Origin: Stegostoma tigrinum
Taxonomy: Eukaryota
Direction: 5' to 3'
Assembly (NCBI RefSeq): GCF_030684315.1
Contig: NC_081367.1
Coordinates: 25,340,792 to 25,404,791, forward strand
Length of the DNA: 64,000 nt
The translations under genes were made by a program, and so were the position numbers. Under the pieces are notes generated by a model. The model saw only the letters and a list, made by a program, of their open reading frames with translations. It was not told the DNA's origin and made no database searches. Of the stretch, positions 12,101 to 24,300 are shown piece by piece (the stretch's first letter is position 1; each line of letters begins with the position of its first letter).

Positions 12101-14695
12101 TTAATTTTTGTCTGCGCTTCTTCCTCCACTGGTTTGGCGTCTTCTTTTCTATCTTTAATATCAACGTTTCCTATAAATGACCATCAAACGCTCTAATTAC
12201 ACAAACGTTTAAGATCCAGATATCGGCAAGAATGTCTTGGACCGTGCATAAAAAAAGTTAACAGGTAAATGAAATTAAAAACAAGTTGCTTCCATTGTAA
12301 TTACATTGCGACAGCGTTAATTTTAAACGTAGACTACTGCCTTTTCCAGTGCACTTTTTTCTGAATTATATATAGCTTTTACCGTCTCCACATGTCAATT
12401 TATAATCCTTAAAAGAAAGCTCACCATTCAGTTGTTTTTAATGTGTTTTGTCCCGGGCGACTTATCATTGTTCAAGTTAATCGTTTGCTTTCGTAATTTC
12501 CTTCTAATAGTATACACTAGCCGAATTATAAACTTCGATGCTCATGGCGTCGGCCACATTATACTAAATATAACAATAGACAGCAACTTGGAGTATTACA
12601 GATGTATTTATCGCTAATTGAAATAACTTGATTCAGTACATCTGTTATTTCATTTAAACAAATTTAGATATTCTAAATGCATTGTTAGAAATTTACTTTA
12701 CAACTACTTCAGCTTACTCACTCGTAATTTGCCAACAAGAGTCAAAAGCTGTAAATTGCGGCAGTTTGTGACAAAAGACCAATTTTGAACAGCTGAACTG
12801 CTATGTTTATAAATTATATGTTGCAGAATTTGTTGAACTAAAGCGAAGGAAACAAACATTGCGAGGTTTAGGTTTGATCATGTGTCTCTGTTTTACGAAG
12901 TGCATAAACAGTGCCCCAATACGCAGCGAGTTCAGGTTCGAATACTTTGGTACAACGCATAGACTAACCAGGTTACATAGTATTCAGAGCCTATTTAGGA
13001 CGTCGCATTTTCAACCAGGACACTTTTTATTAGAGCGATCTTTGTTCGGGTTTCTGAGGTGTTCGCATTTTTCGGAGAACTAAAAATACAACGTTCACGT
13101 TAAGTTTCCACACAAGGTACTGTACAGTGACATAAGCATTAATGCGCTTTGTTGCCTGAAGCTCCGGAAACTTGCTCACCGGTGCCATTATCATGATTAT
13201 TGTTTGAATGAATAGTACGCTTTTTTTAAGTGGGCCAGCATCTGTCAACTACAAGTGCACATTAAACAGTGATGAGAAATAATCTGTGCCATACATTACG
13301 GATACCGTTAAAGTGCAAAAACATTACACCTCGCACGAGAAAGCAATCACCATTTTTTATTGTTGCTTCAAAGTATTGAGAAGACAGATAAAAGGAGCAA
13401 AAAAACCGAGCAAAATTGCTGTTTGAAAACATTGTCTGTACCTAAAATGTAATGACATTGATTGTATTAAGGAGAGCTGATTCGTTTTATTTAACCATGA
13501 GAATCTCATTTATTATCGTAAATTAATTTACTGAAGAAAATAACGCAAAATGATTAATGAAGCGGATGAATTTAGGGAGCCTAGTGAGCATTGTATTTAC
13601 ATCGCTGTAATAGTGTTCGGCAGTAACTTTAGCATCCATAAATTGATAATATTCTGTGACGTGTAATATAGTCCACATAAATACTATGATGGTAACGATT
13701 GTTTAATAAGTCCCCTTCGAAATGGCGGCCTATATAAAGTGACAGGATTTGTTTATTATATCGTTTCTGGACGATGATTTGGAATTGTATTCCTATTTCA
13801 GCAACGGTTTGGGAGGGGGGGGGGAAACTTAGTTGTACAGCATGGACTCTAAACATAAGAACAAGATCAGCGCCGTCATTGTCATCTACTATCGGTAAAC
13901 GTCTGTATAAAAAAAGGCAATGCATTGCAACTGGCGTTAAAATGTTTCTTTGCTAAACCACAACCGTGATGTTATTCTCGGTATAGCCACATCAAATCTG
14001 CTTAAAACCGATGTTAAGCAGAATTACACATTCTTTAAAAACAGAAACCAGAAGAAGCCATTAAGTTTTTCGCAATAATTGATATTTGACTGACCTGCAT
14101 GCGTCACCGAATCTTTCTATAAACACGCTGTTCTCTGGGTATTATCGCGGACACATTGCTTATCAAATATAACATGCATCCTGTTTTATTTAAATCATTG
14201 ATTGTATCGTAATCAAACACCAATCGTATGTAGTTACTATGATTTACTGTACTTGAGTTGTAAAAAGAACCACTGACTTTTAAATGAGTACGTTAACAAC
14301 GCTCTGTAATTTGCTCATATTATTTGAATTTAAGAACAAGGTTCATATCGTGGAAAATATGAAGTAAGTCCACATATTGACATCGCACCACGCGGGCCAT
14401 CTAAAGACACTCTAACTACCGCGTGTACGAGTATGAGACTTGTTTTACCCGGATCGGTCAGTTTCGGTGTACCGCTGTCCCGCAGTCTTTCTGGCCCGAT
14501 CTCTGGCTCACTGCTCGGGGACCGAGACGCCCCACGCTGTGCGCTGATCATTTCATCCCGGCTGCCTTCACTCAGACTCGGCTCTCGAGCTCGCACAGGC
14601 CCGCTCTCCAGAACTTCTCGATACGTGATCCCATCCTTCTTTTCTTTCACCTTTTGATCAAAAGACTTCGAAACAAAAGCAGTAAGTTCTTCCAT
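5839..14695 (-). CDS. SHOX2: Short stature homeobox 2, complete 5-exon CDS: join(14449..14695,11962..12170,9672..9729,9183..9271,5839..6117 or 5839..6081)
   Basis: N-terminus [20 protein letters not shown], paired-like homeodomain [63 protein letters not shown] domain [16 protein letters not shown]. Exon phases join in frame (247+209+58+89+279=882 nt). Adjacency to RSRC1 supports SHOX2 over SHOX. Confidence 0.97.
7190..7470 (-). mobile_element. tRNA-derived shark SINE (HE1/V-SINE type) in SHOX2 intron 4
   Basis: Minus strand reads gtggttagcactgcagcctcacagcgccaggga..ggttcgattcc (A/B boxes), then the V-domain tgtgtggagtttgca..cctcccacagtccaaagatgtg. Confidence 0.85.
7855..8130 (+). mobile_element. 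LINE/SINE 3'-tail fragment
   Basis: Tail ..gggtcaaaatcctggaa..gctcaccaccac..gggcaata..gaatgaat; related tails occur near 2880-2970 and, reversed, at 45990-46120. Confidence 0.5.
8700..9033 (+). mobile_element. CR1-type (HER1-like) LINE 3' fragment in SHOX2 intron 4
   Basis: [36 protein letters not shown] is the typical CR1 ORF2 C-terminus; ends in a (tgttcta)-like tandem tail. Confidence 0.85.
9183..9271 (-). CDS. SHOX2: SHOX2 coding exon 4 (89 nt)
   Basis: cag|(G)[29 protein letters not shown]|gcaagt (GC donor). Confidence 0.95.
9672..9729 (-). CDS. SHOX2: SHOX2 coding exon 3 (58 nt, homeodomain helix 3)
   Basis: tag|[19 protein letters not shown](G)|gtatgt; read manually, absent from the ORF track. 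Confidence 0.97.
11962..12170 (-). CDS. SHOX2: SHOX2 coding exon 2 (209 nt, homeodomain helices 1-2)
   Basis: tag|(G)[31 protein letters not shown]...EARVQ|gtaagg. Confidence 0.97.
14449..14695 (-). CDS. SHOX2: SHOX2 coding exon 1
   Basis: ATG at 14695; [32 protein letters not shown]...TPKLTDP-G|gtaaaa; phase 1 matches exon 2. Confidence 0.93.
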
Positions 14696-14863
14696 AGCTG
14701 TTCAGAGGAATACGTCCTTGTCTGTTCTTATTCTCTCCAATACATCAACCGTGCAATGTTTGTCTGTGGTGCGTCGTCTTGGAGTTGAAATGCAAACCTG
14801 ATCTTCCAGAATTCGGTTGCTCGGAGATGTAGATCTAGTACTGATGTGCTATTGAAGTCAGAC

Positions 14864-15120
14864 TATTTATACTTTGCAATGCTTGCCCAGCTGCGCCCCT
14901 TGTACTCAGCAATTACCTCCCCTTGTAGTCTTGATGTGTCCCCACTCCTGGAACACAGTTATCATCAGCCCCTGGGCTGCAACTCATACCTAGCGGCTGC
15001 TATTGGTCATTAATCCACCACTGACAAGCATTCGTAATTAATTTAATTAGCGAGTATTACTGCTATTGTTATTACTTAGCTAAACACGGGGGAGCTGGGA
15101 TGGCACCGGGGTGGGGCCAA
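14864..15120 (-). promoter_or_regulatory. SHOX2 proximal promoter
   Basis: Minus-strand TATAAATA at 14864-14871 and CCAAT at 15002-15006; TAATCC at 15011-15016; TAAT-rich cluster at 15035-15049; GC box near 15107-15118. Confidence 0.6.
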
Positions 15121-16534
15121 GAGGAATGACACATCGGAGAGCGCGGTGACTGGATCGTCCCTAAAGCCGGCGACATTACAACACCAAAGCACGCTAAAAT
15201 CAGGTAAACTTTTGATTTGCTTATGGTAAATCAACATATTATTTACAGTTTATACAATGGTTAACAACAGATATTTATACAATACACGCACACTTATAGA
15301 ACACTTTCAAAAATGCATTTATAATACTTGATAATCTGGTCATCGTTTTCTCCTGAATGTGTCAGGTTTACGTTAAACGCTTCGTAGTCATTTTCATCGC
15401 TAATTTAAATTAAATGAATACTTACATGCTAAATAATCCAAACGTGGTTACATTTCTTTATTGTTGCTGGAAACGGAAACGTACAAGAAAGTAAATGCAT
15501 CACTTCAGTCGCTGTTTTCTTGAAGGTATTTTAAATCATCAGTTGGCAGGTATCGCACCTGATAAAGTGTGGAAGAAGCGTGTGGAAGCATTTTTTGATG
15601 TAGAATTTTTGCAAAAGGGCTGCACATTGTCAGACATCCACTGGTCTGTGTGAGGAGATGTTTTGTGTGTTGTGTTTCGTGTCTATACATTCCGCGTACT
15701 TCACAGAAAGTACAAAATTGACCGTGCAAAAAGAAAGGTTAAGAGCCTAGCTTTATCTTTGTCCAATACCTTCTCTTTGTGCACAATTTGAAACATTAGA
15801 CATTTGAGAAGTTTTGAAGAACAAGTCGCTGGCTCTAACATTTCTAAAGATAGTTTATGCAGCTTTTTTCCCGCTTAAATACCGACAATCCCACGCGTAT
15901 TTGATTGAACCTTAAGTAATTTCGCTTGCAGTACCATCGTTGTCAAATACTTCTTGACGGTTTGAAGATGAACAATTTGCACTATTGATCCAACAAGTAC
16001 CTATTTACGTTGTATCTCAATTGAATCGATTACCTGCAATTCTGTCACATTCTTCATCAACTTAATATTTGTAAATAACAAACCTCGACTCTTCGTAGAA
16101 AATGCATCGAATTATTGCAAGGATGACACTAGATCCTAGTTGCAAACATATGTGCTACATCATTTCAGATGCATTTTCTGATTGTTTGGGACTGATATTT
16201 TGTTGAACGTTGCAATAAGGTAGCATTTATTTAAACATATTCCGTGTTACTCATTCTGAAAAGGCCGATGTATTATTTTTTGCCTGTAATTTTAATTAAT
16301 AAGAAACAAGACCGGAGGGAACCGGCGATCATCATCTTAACACTGATGTGGAGATCAAATGTTTAATGCCCTACGCAAAAAAAACTAGTTCACAAATTTG
16401 TTTGACTTAAAAAAGAAACGATGCAATTTCTATTCGGTATTGTTTACATAAATCCTGCGATCCTGGATAGTTTGAAAGAAATCAAAGTTTACAACTAGTT
16501 GAACTGTCAACTGAAGAACGCAATCTTATGGATG

Positions 16535-16667
16535 AATAACTGAAGATGGTGAAAATCTGAAAAAAAAACCACAGGAATTTCTGGGGAATTCAGCAAGCCT
16601 GGCAGCATCTGAAGAGGGAGAAATGGGGTTACGTTTCGGCTCCAGTGGCCCTTCGTCAGAACTTCAT
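16535..16667 (-). mobile_element. Short Penelope-pLTR-derived element with hammerhead core and 13-bp TSD
   Basis: Minus strand CTGACGA-AGGGCCACTGGAGCC-GAAACGTA at 16659-16630; flanks aatcttatggatg (16522-16534) and aattttatggatg (16668-16680). Confidence 0.7.
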
Positions 16668-17919
16668 AATTTTATGGATGTTCTGCACTTCACAGAATAA
16701 CATTCTTCAGTCCGTAATAAACACGTAGCACAATTTATCAGATTTTTTAAAGCACTCCGCGGATAACATACAGATACATGAAACATTACGTTTTAATTCG
16801 CATCTGTTCTCCTCGGTACGTCACAAATAAAATACAAATAGTTGTTAAATTTGTTGAATACGAAAATGAATGTTAATGGGCACGAAATGAAAGATTGTGA
16901 AAATGCAGAGGTATCACAATCAAAAAAAACAGTCGTATGCGAAAGCACAACTTCGTTTCGATTTGGGTTTAAAATTATGCAAAATAATTTCTTTTATTGT
17001 ATGACAAACACTAAAATATACTTTTCATAAATTCCTACGCGTTTTGCTGAAGTTATTTAAGGCATCAATTGGTTCATTCTATAACACGAACTAATCTGTT
17101 AGTATTTGATAATTTGATAAATAAATTTTATTTTCCAACGTCTTCAACTTCTATTCGAACATTATTTTAATCCACGAGTCTCAGTTTTATGTGCAAACTG
17201 AAATTGTTTCTTTATTTAGTAGGTGTAAATTGCACTATAAGATTTTTTATTGTTTCCTTCTATTGTTTTAAGTGCACATAAACACGGGGTTTTATGATGA
17301 GTAGTTATTTTAATTAGTTTGGAAGTTGCTTCATAAATACATTAATTTACAATACAAATGAATGACACCATCCGATGAGAGAATTGTCTGTTACAATTAT
17401 AGCTTTCCACTTTTCCAGGACTTTAAATATGTTTCTGATGACGTACCGGAGAGTTACCAAAAGTTCAACTTTCCCATAGCCGCTTATATTACTGGGGATG
17501 ACCATTTCTAGGTTTTATATTAACAAAATAGTCATTATTAAGTTTTAAAAATGCTAACGCGCATATATCTAACTATTCCATGAATCGTAGAAGTAAAATT
17601 TTGACACGAAGAAATATATTTAACGAAGAAATATCATTGTCCAATTTTACGCGCTAGGGCAAGCCACTGGCAAAGATAAAAAAATTCATGATGTTTGAAA
17701 CAGCTATTGCACTGCTTCCAGTCACTCAGCTCAGCTACTGCGAGTACTAGAGTGAAAAGAGTGTAGATTTTCCAAAGCTTTTTCATTCCCTTTTGTATGC
17801 TGAATATCTTTTTCAGTTCCAGCACAGCTTAAAACAAAAACAACACTGAATGAGCTAATTCTCCTTTCTTTTCAATTTTAATAACTGTATAAACATCCCT
17901 CATTGCTCTGTAAGCTTGG

Positions 17920-18300
17920 TCATATTGGCCATTGAGGGAAATCGAGATGGTTGCAAACTTTGCCAACAGCAGCCTACGCTGAACAGACTGGAGGTCAGCA
18001 ATCGATGGCTCGGAGATCAAACTTCCTCCCTTATTCCGGCTGGAGCCGATCGACAGTTGGTTGAACGAGTCTGTTAACAGATGGCGCCATCCTCGAGCCG
18101 GGGATCGCAGTCTACTCTGTTCCGTTAAAGCCAATTGCTCGCGCAGGTATTGACCTTGATTCAATTGATGAGTGACAAAGGATAGGTAGATGTCGAGAAC
18201 AGTCGGCAGCCCTCTGTCCCGCTGTCCGCACTTTGTATCTGTGTCCTTGTGGAATGTGTAGAAACTGAGGCCTAGAGACTACATTTTCGCCGGAACTGTT
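17920..18300 (+). promoter_or_regulatory. Putative RSRC1 CpG-rich promoter and non-coding first exon (candidate donor AG|GTAGAT at 18185/18186)
   Basis: Local CpG cluster, ATTGG at 17924-17928 and palindromic YY1-type GATGGCGCCATC at 18080-18091; position is divergent from SHOX2, as expected for RSRC1. Confidence 0.5.
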
Positions 18301-18330
18301 TTACATTTCTTTCCACCAATATGTTCAGCT

Positions 18331-21300
18331 CGGGGAGGGGCGGGGAGAAGGGGTAGGGGGAGGGAGAGGGGGGTAAGGTTAGAGGTAGGACAGGAGGAGG
18401 GCAGGATGGGGGGGAGGGGGTAGGGGGGCAGGAGGGGGGTAGGGGGGCAGGAGGGGGGTAGGGGGGCAGGAGGGGGGGAGGGGGGTAGGGCGGCAGGAGG
18501 GGGACAGGAGGGGGTAGGGCAGGAGGGGGGGAGGGGGGTAGGGCGGCAGGAGGGGGACAGGAGGGGGTAGGGCAGGAGGAGGGCGGGGGGGAGGGGGGGG
18601 GTAGGGCAGGAGGAGGGCGGGGGGGAGGGGGGAGGGCAGGAGGAGGGGTGGTAGGGCAGGGGGAGGGGGTAGGGCGGAGGACAGGAGGAGGGGGGAGGAG
18701 GGGAGTAGGGCGGGAGGAGGGGGGAGGAGGGGAGTAGGGCGGGAGGAGGGGGGAGGAGGGGGGTAGGGGGGGAGAAGGGGCGGGAGGAGGGGGGAGGAGG
18801 GGCGGGGGGAGAAGGGGCGGGAGGAGGGGGGAGGAGGGGCGGGGGGAGAAGGGAGGAGGGGCGGGGGGAGGAGGGGGGGGGGAGGAGGGGCGGGGGGAGG
18901 AGGGAGGGGTGGGGGGGGAGGAGGGGGGGGCGGAGGGCGGGAGGGAAGGGGGGGCGGGAGGTGGGGGGGATAGGGCGGGAGGAGGGGGGGAGGTGGGGGG
19001 GGCGGAGGGCGGGAGGGAAGGGGGGGCGGGAGGTGGGGGGGATAGGGCGGGAGGTGGGGGGGAGGGGGGGTAGGGCGGGAGGGAGGGGGGGGGCGGAGGG
19101 CGGGAGGGCGGGAGGTGGGGGGGGAGGAGGGAGGGAGGAGGGGGTAGGGCGGGAGGGGGGGAGGGGGTAGGGCGGGAGGTGGGGGGGAGGAGGGGGTAGG
19201 GCGGGAGGTGGGGAGGAGGAGGGGAGGAGGAGGGGGGGAGGAGGGGAGGAGGAGGGTGGGAGGGGGTAGGGGGGGGAGGAAGAGGGTGGGAGGGGGTAGG
19301 GGGGGAGGAGGAGGCGGTAGGGGGGGAGGGGGGGGGCGGAGGGCGGGAGGTGGGGGGGAGGGGGGGTAGAGGGCGGGAGGTGGGGGGGGAGGAGGGGGTA
19401 GAGGGCGGGAGGTGGGGGGGGAGGAGGGGGTAGGGCGGGAGGAGGGGGGGTAGGGCGGGAGGAGGGGGGGGAGGAGGGGGTAGGGCGGGAGGAGGGGGGG
19501 AGGAGGGGGGGTAGGGCGGGAGGAGGGGGGGTAGGGCGGGAGGTGGGGGGGGAGGAGGGGGTTAGGGCGGGAGGAGGGGGGTAGGGCGGGAGGTGGGGGG
19601 GGGAGGAGGGGGTTAGGGCGGGAGGAGGGGGGGTAGGGCGGGAGGTGGGGGGGAGGAGGGGGTAGGGCGGGAGGTGGGGGTGGGGGGGGAGGGGGTAGGG
19701 CGGGAGGTGGGGGGGGGATGGGGTGGGGGGGGAGGGGGTAGGGCGGGAGGTAGGGGGGGAGGTGGGGGTAGGGGGGGAGGTGGGGGTAGGGCGGGAGGTG
19801 GGGGGGGGGAGGAGGGAGGGAGGGAGGAGGGGGTAGGGCGGGAGGGGGGGGGGAGGGGGTAGGGCGGGAGGTGGGGGGGAGGAGGGGGTAGGGCGGGAGG
19901 TGGGGAGGAGGAGGGGAGGAGGAGGGGGGGAGGGGGTAGGGGGGGGGAGGAGGAGGCGGGTAGTGGGGGTGGAGGGGGGCAGGAGGGGGTAGGGGGGGAG
20001 GAGGGGGGAGGTGGTAGGGCGGGAGGTGGGGGGGAGGTGGGGAGGGGGGATGGGGGGGTGATGGGGGGGTGAGGGGGAGGGCGGGATGGGGGGGGGAGGG
20101 GGAGGGGGAGGGCGGGATGGGGGGGGGGAGGGGGAGGGGGAGGGCGTGATGGGGGGGTGAGGGGGAGGGGGAGGGGGAGGGCGGGATGGGGGGGGGAGGG
20201 GGAGGGGGAGGGCGTGATGGGGGGGGGGAGGGGGAGGGGGAGGGCGTGATGGGGGGGGGAGGGGGAGGGGGAGGGCGTGATGGGGGGGTGAGGGGGAGGG
20301 GGAGGGCGTGATGGGGGGGGTGATGGGGGGGTGAGGGCGGGAGGGGGAGGGCGGGATGGGGGGGTGAGGGCGGGAGGGGGAGGGCGGGAGGGGGGGGTGA
20401 GGGCGGGAGGGGGAGGGCGTGATGGGGGGGTGATTGGGGGGGTGAGGGCGTGATGGGGGGGGTGATGGGGGGGTGAGGGGGAGGGGGAGGGCGGGATGGG
20501 GGGGTGAGGGGGAGGGCGGGATGGGGGGGTGAGGGGGAGGGGGAGGGCGGGATGGGGGGGGTGAGGGGGAGGGGGAGGGCGGGATGGGGAGGGGGAGGGG
20601 GAGGGCGGGATGGGGGGGGTGAGGGGGAGGGGGGGATGGGGGGGGTGGGGGGGAGGGGGGGATGGGGGGGGTGGGGGGGGAGGGGGGGATGGGGGGGGTG
20701 AGGGGGAGGGGGGGATGGGGGGGGTGAGGGGGTGAGGGGGAGGGGGAGGGCGTGATGTGGGGGGGGAGGGCGTGATGGGGGGGGGAGGGCGTGATGGGGG
20801 GGGTGAGGGGGAGGGGGAGGGCGGGATGGGGGGGGTGATGGGGAGGGCGGGATGGGGGGGGTGAGGGGGAGGGCGGGATGGGGGGGGTGAGGGGGAGGGG
20901 GAGGGCGGGATGGGGGGGGGTGATGGGGAGGGCGGGATGGGGGGGGTGAGGGGGAGGGGGAGGGCGGGATGGGGGGGGTGATGGGGAGGGCGGGATGGGG
21001 GGGGTGAGGGGGAGGGGGAGGGCGGGATGGGGGGGGTGATGGGGAGGGCGGGATGGGGGGGGTGAGGGGGAGGGGGAGGGCGGGATGGGGGAGGTGGGGG
21101 GGGGAGGGAGGTGGGGGGGGGAGGGGGTAGCGCGGGAGGTGGGGGGGGGGAGGGGGTAGCGCGGGAGGTGGGGGGGGGAGGGAGGTGGGGGGGAGGAGGG
21201 GGTAGGGCGGGAGGTGGGGGGGAGGAGGGGGTAGGGCGGGAGGAGGGTGGGAGGGGGGGGAGGAGGAGGGTGGGAGGGGGGGAGGAGGAGGTGGGGAGGA

Positions 21301-24300
21301 GGAGGGTGGGAGGAGGGGAGGAGGGGGGGGAGGAGGAGGCGGTAGTGGGGGTGGAGGGGGGGAGGAGGGGGTAGGGGGGTAGGGGGGGAGGAGGGGAGGT
21401 GGTAGGGGGGGAGGAGGGGAGGTGGTAGGGCGGGAGGTGGGGGGGAGGGGGTAGGGCGGGAGGGGGGGAGGGGGTAGGGCGGGAGGTGGGTGGGAGGTGG
21501 GGAGGGGGGAGGGGGGATGGGGGGGCGAGGGGGAGGGCGGGATGGGGGGGTGAGGGGGAGGGGGAGGGCGGGATGGGGAGGGGGGAGGGGGGATGGGGGG
21601 GCGAGGGGGAGGGCGGGATGGGGGGGGTGAGGGGGAGGGGGAGGGCGGGATGGGGGGGGGTGAGGGGGAGGGGGAGGGCGGGATGGGGGGGGTGAGGGGG
21701 AGGGCGTGATGGGGGGGGGTGAGGGCGTGATGTGGGGGGGGGAGGGCGTGATGGGGGGGTGAGGGGGAGGGCGGGATGGGGGGGGTGAGGGGGAGGGCGG
21801 GATGGGGGGGGTGAGGGGGAGGGCGGGATGGGGGGGTGAGGGCAGGAAGGGGGGGGTGAGGGGGAGGGTGGGAGGAGAGGGGGAGGGGGGAGGAGAGGGG
21901 GAGGGGGGAGGAGAGGGGGAGGGGGGAGGGCAGGATGGGGGGGAGGGGGTAGGAGGCAGTAGGGCAGGGGGAGGGCAGGGGGAGGAGGAGGGGGCGTAGG
22001 GCAGGGGGAGGAGGAGGAGAGGGCAGGGGGAGGAAGAGTGGGGAGGGCAGGGGGAGGAAGAGTGGGGAGGGCGGGGGGAGGAGGAGGGGGGAGGGCGGGG
22101 GGAGGGGGCGGGGGGAGGGCGGGGGGAGGAGGAGGGGGGAGGGCAGGGGGAGGAGGAGGGGGGGAGGGGAGGAGGAGGGGGGTGAGGGCAGGAGGAGGGG
22201 CTAGGGCAGGAGTGGGGAGGGGGTAGGGCAGGAGGGGGTAGGGCAGGGGGAGGAGGAGGGGGCGTAGGGCAGGGGGAAGAGGGGGTAGGGCAGGGGGCGG
22301 AGGAGGGGGCATGGGGAGGAGGAGGGGGTAGGGCGGGGGAGGAGGAGGGGGTAGGGCGGGGGAGGAGGAGGGGGTAGGGAGGAGGAGGAGGAGAGGGCAG
22401 GGGGAGGAGGAGGAGGAGGAGAGGGCAGGGGGAGGAGGAGGAGAGGGCAGGGGGAGGAGGAGGAGAGGGCAGGGGGAGGAGGAGTGGGTAGGGCAGGGGG
22501 AGGAGGAGGAGAGGGCAGGGGGAGGAGGAGAGGGCAGGGGGAGGAAGAGGGGGGAGGAAGAGTGGGGAGGGCAGGGGGAGGAGGAGGAGGAGAGGGCAGG
22601 GGGAGGAGGAGGAGAGGGCAGGGGGAGGAAGAGGGGTGAGGAGGAGGGGGGAGGGCAGGGGGGGAGGAGGAGGGGGGAGGGCAGGGGGGGGAGGAGGAGG
22701 GGGGAGGGCAGGGGGGGGAGGAGGAGGGCGGGGGGGGAAGGAGGAGGGCAGTGGGGGGAGGAGGAGGGCAGTGGGGGGAGGAGGAGGGCAGTGGGGGGAG
22801 GAGGAGGGGGGAGGGCAGTGGGGGGAGGAGGAGGGGGGAGGGCAGGGGGGAGGAGGAGGGGGGAGGGCAGGGGGGGAGGAGGAGGGGGGAGGGCAGGGGG
22901 GGGAGGGGGAGGGCAGGGGGGGGAGGAGGAGGGGGGAGGGCAGGGGGGGGAGGGGGAGGGCAGGGGGGGGAGGAGGAGGGGGGAGGGCAGGGGGGGGAGG
23001 GGGAGGGCAGGGGGGGGAGGAGGAGGGGGGAGGGCAGGGGGGGGAGGGGGAGGGCAGGGGGGGGAGGAGGAGGGGGGAGGGCAGGGGGGGGAGGGGGAGG
23101 GCAGGGGGGGGAGGAGGAGGGGGGAGGGCAGGGGGGGGAGGGGGAGGGCAGGGGGGGGGAGGAGGAGGGGGGAGGGCAGGGGGGGGAGGGGGAGGGCAGG
23201 GGGGGGAGGAGGAGGGGGGAGGGCAGGGGGGGGGGGGGGAGGAGGAGGGGGGAGGGCAGGGGGGGGGAGGGGGAGGGCAGGGGGGGGAGGAGGAGGGGGG
23301 GAGGGCAGGGGGGAGGAGGAGGGCAGGGGGAGGAGGAGGAGGAGGAGGGCAGGGGGAGGAGGAGGAGGGGGGAGGGCAGGGGGAGGAGGAGGGGGGAGGG
23401 CAGGGGGAGGGCAGGAGGGGTAGGAGGAGGGGGGAAGGGGGGAGGGGAGGGGGCTGGAGGAGGGGGGAGGGGAGGGGGCTGGAGGAGGGGGTAGGGCAGG
23501 GGGAGGAGGGGAGGGGGCAGGAGGAGGGGTTAGGGCAGGGGAGGAGGAGGGGGGCAGGGCAAGAGGAGGGGGTAGGGCAAGGGGAGGGGGTAGGGGGGCA
23601 GGGGGAGGAGGATGAGGGGGAGGGGGTGGGGCAGGAGGAGGAGGATGGGGGGCAGGGGGAGGGGGGCAGGAGGAGGAGGGGAGGGGGCAGGAGGAGGGGG
23701 TAGGGCAGGGGGAGGAGGATGGGGGGCAGGGGGAGGAGGATGGGGGGCAGGGGGAGGAGGAGGGGGGGCAGGAGGAGGGGGTCGGGCAGGGGGAGGGGGT
23801 GGGGCAGGGGGAGGAGGAGGGGCTAGGGCAGGGGGCAGGAGGAGGGGGTAAGGCAGGAGGAGGGCGTAGGGCAGCAGGAGGGGGTAGGGCAGGGGGAGGA
23901 GGGGGTAGGGCAGGGGGAGGAGGGGAGGGGCAGGAGGAGGGGGTGGGGAGGGGATTGGGGAGTGGGGCAGGGGGGGTGGGGAGTGCATTGGGGAGTGGGG
24001 CAGGAGGGGATTGGGGAGTGGGGCAGGAGGGGATTGGGGAGTGGGGCAGGAGGGGATTGGGGAGTGGGGCAGGAGGGTGGGGAAGGAGGGGATTGGGGAG
24101 TGGGGCAGGAGGGTGGGGAAGGAGGGGATTGGGGAGTGGGGCAGGAGGGTGGGGAAGGAGGGGATTGGGGAGTGGGGCAGGAGGGTGGGGAAGGAGGGGA
24201 TTGGGGAGTGGGGCAGGAGGGTGGGGAGGGGATTGGGGAGTGGGGCAAGGGGGTGGGGAGGGGATGGGGAGTGGGACAGGAGCGGGGGAGGGGATTGGGG

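Noticed and set aside
5839-14695. Alternative call as SHOX
   Set aside because: The N-terminal KVKEKK, the 12-aa TPLSFQ insert, the [10 protein letters not shown] ending and RSRC1 adjacency all fit SHOX2.
14423-14788. Plus-strand ORFs over SHOX2 exon 1
   Set aside because: Antisense shadows with no recognisable protein features.
17829-18164. 111-aa minus-strand ORF in the promoter island
   Set aside because: No ATG start and no recognisable domain; expected by chance in CpG-rich DNA.
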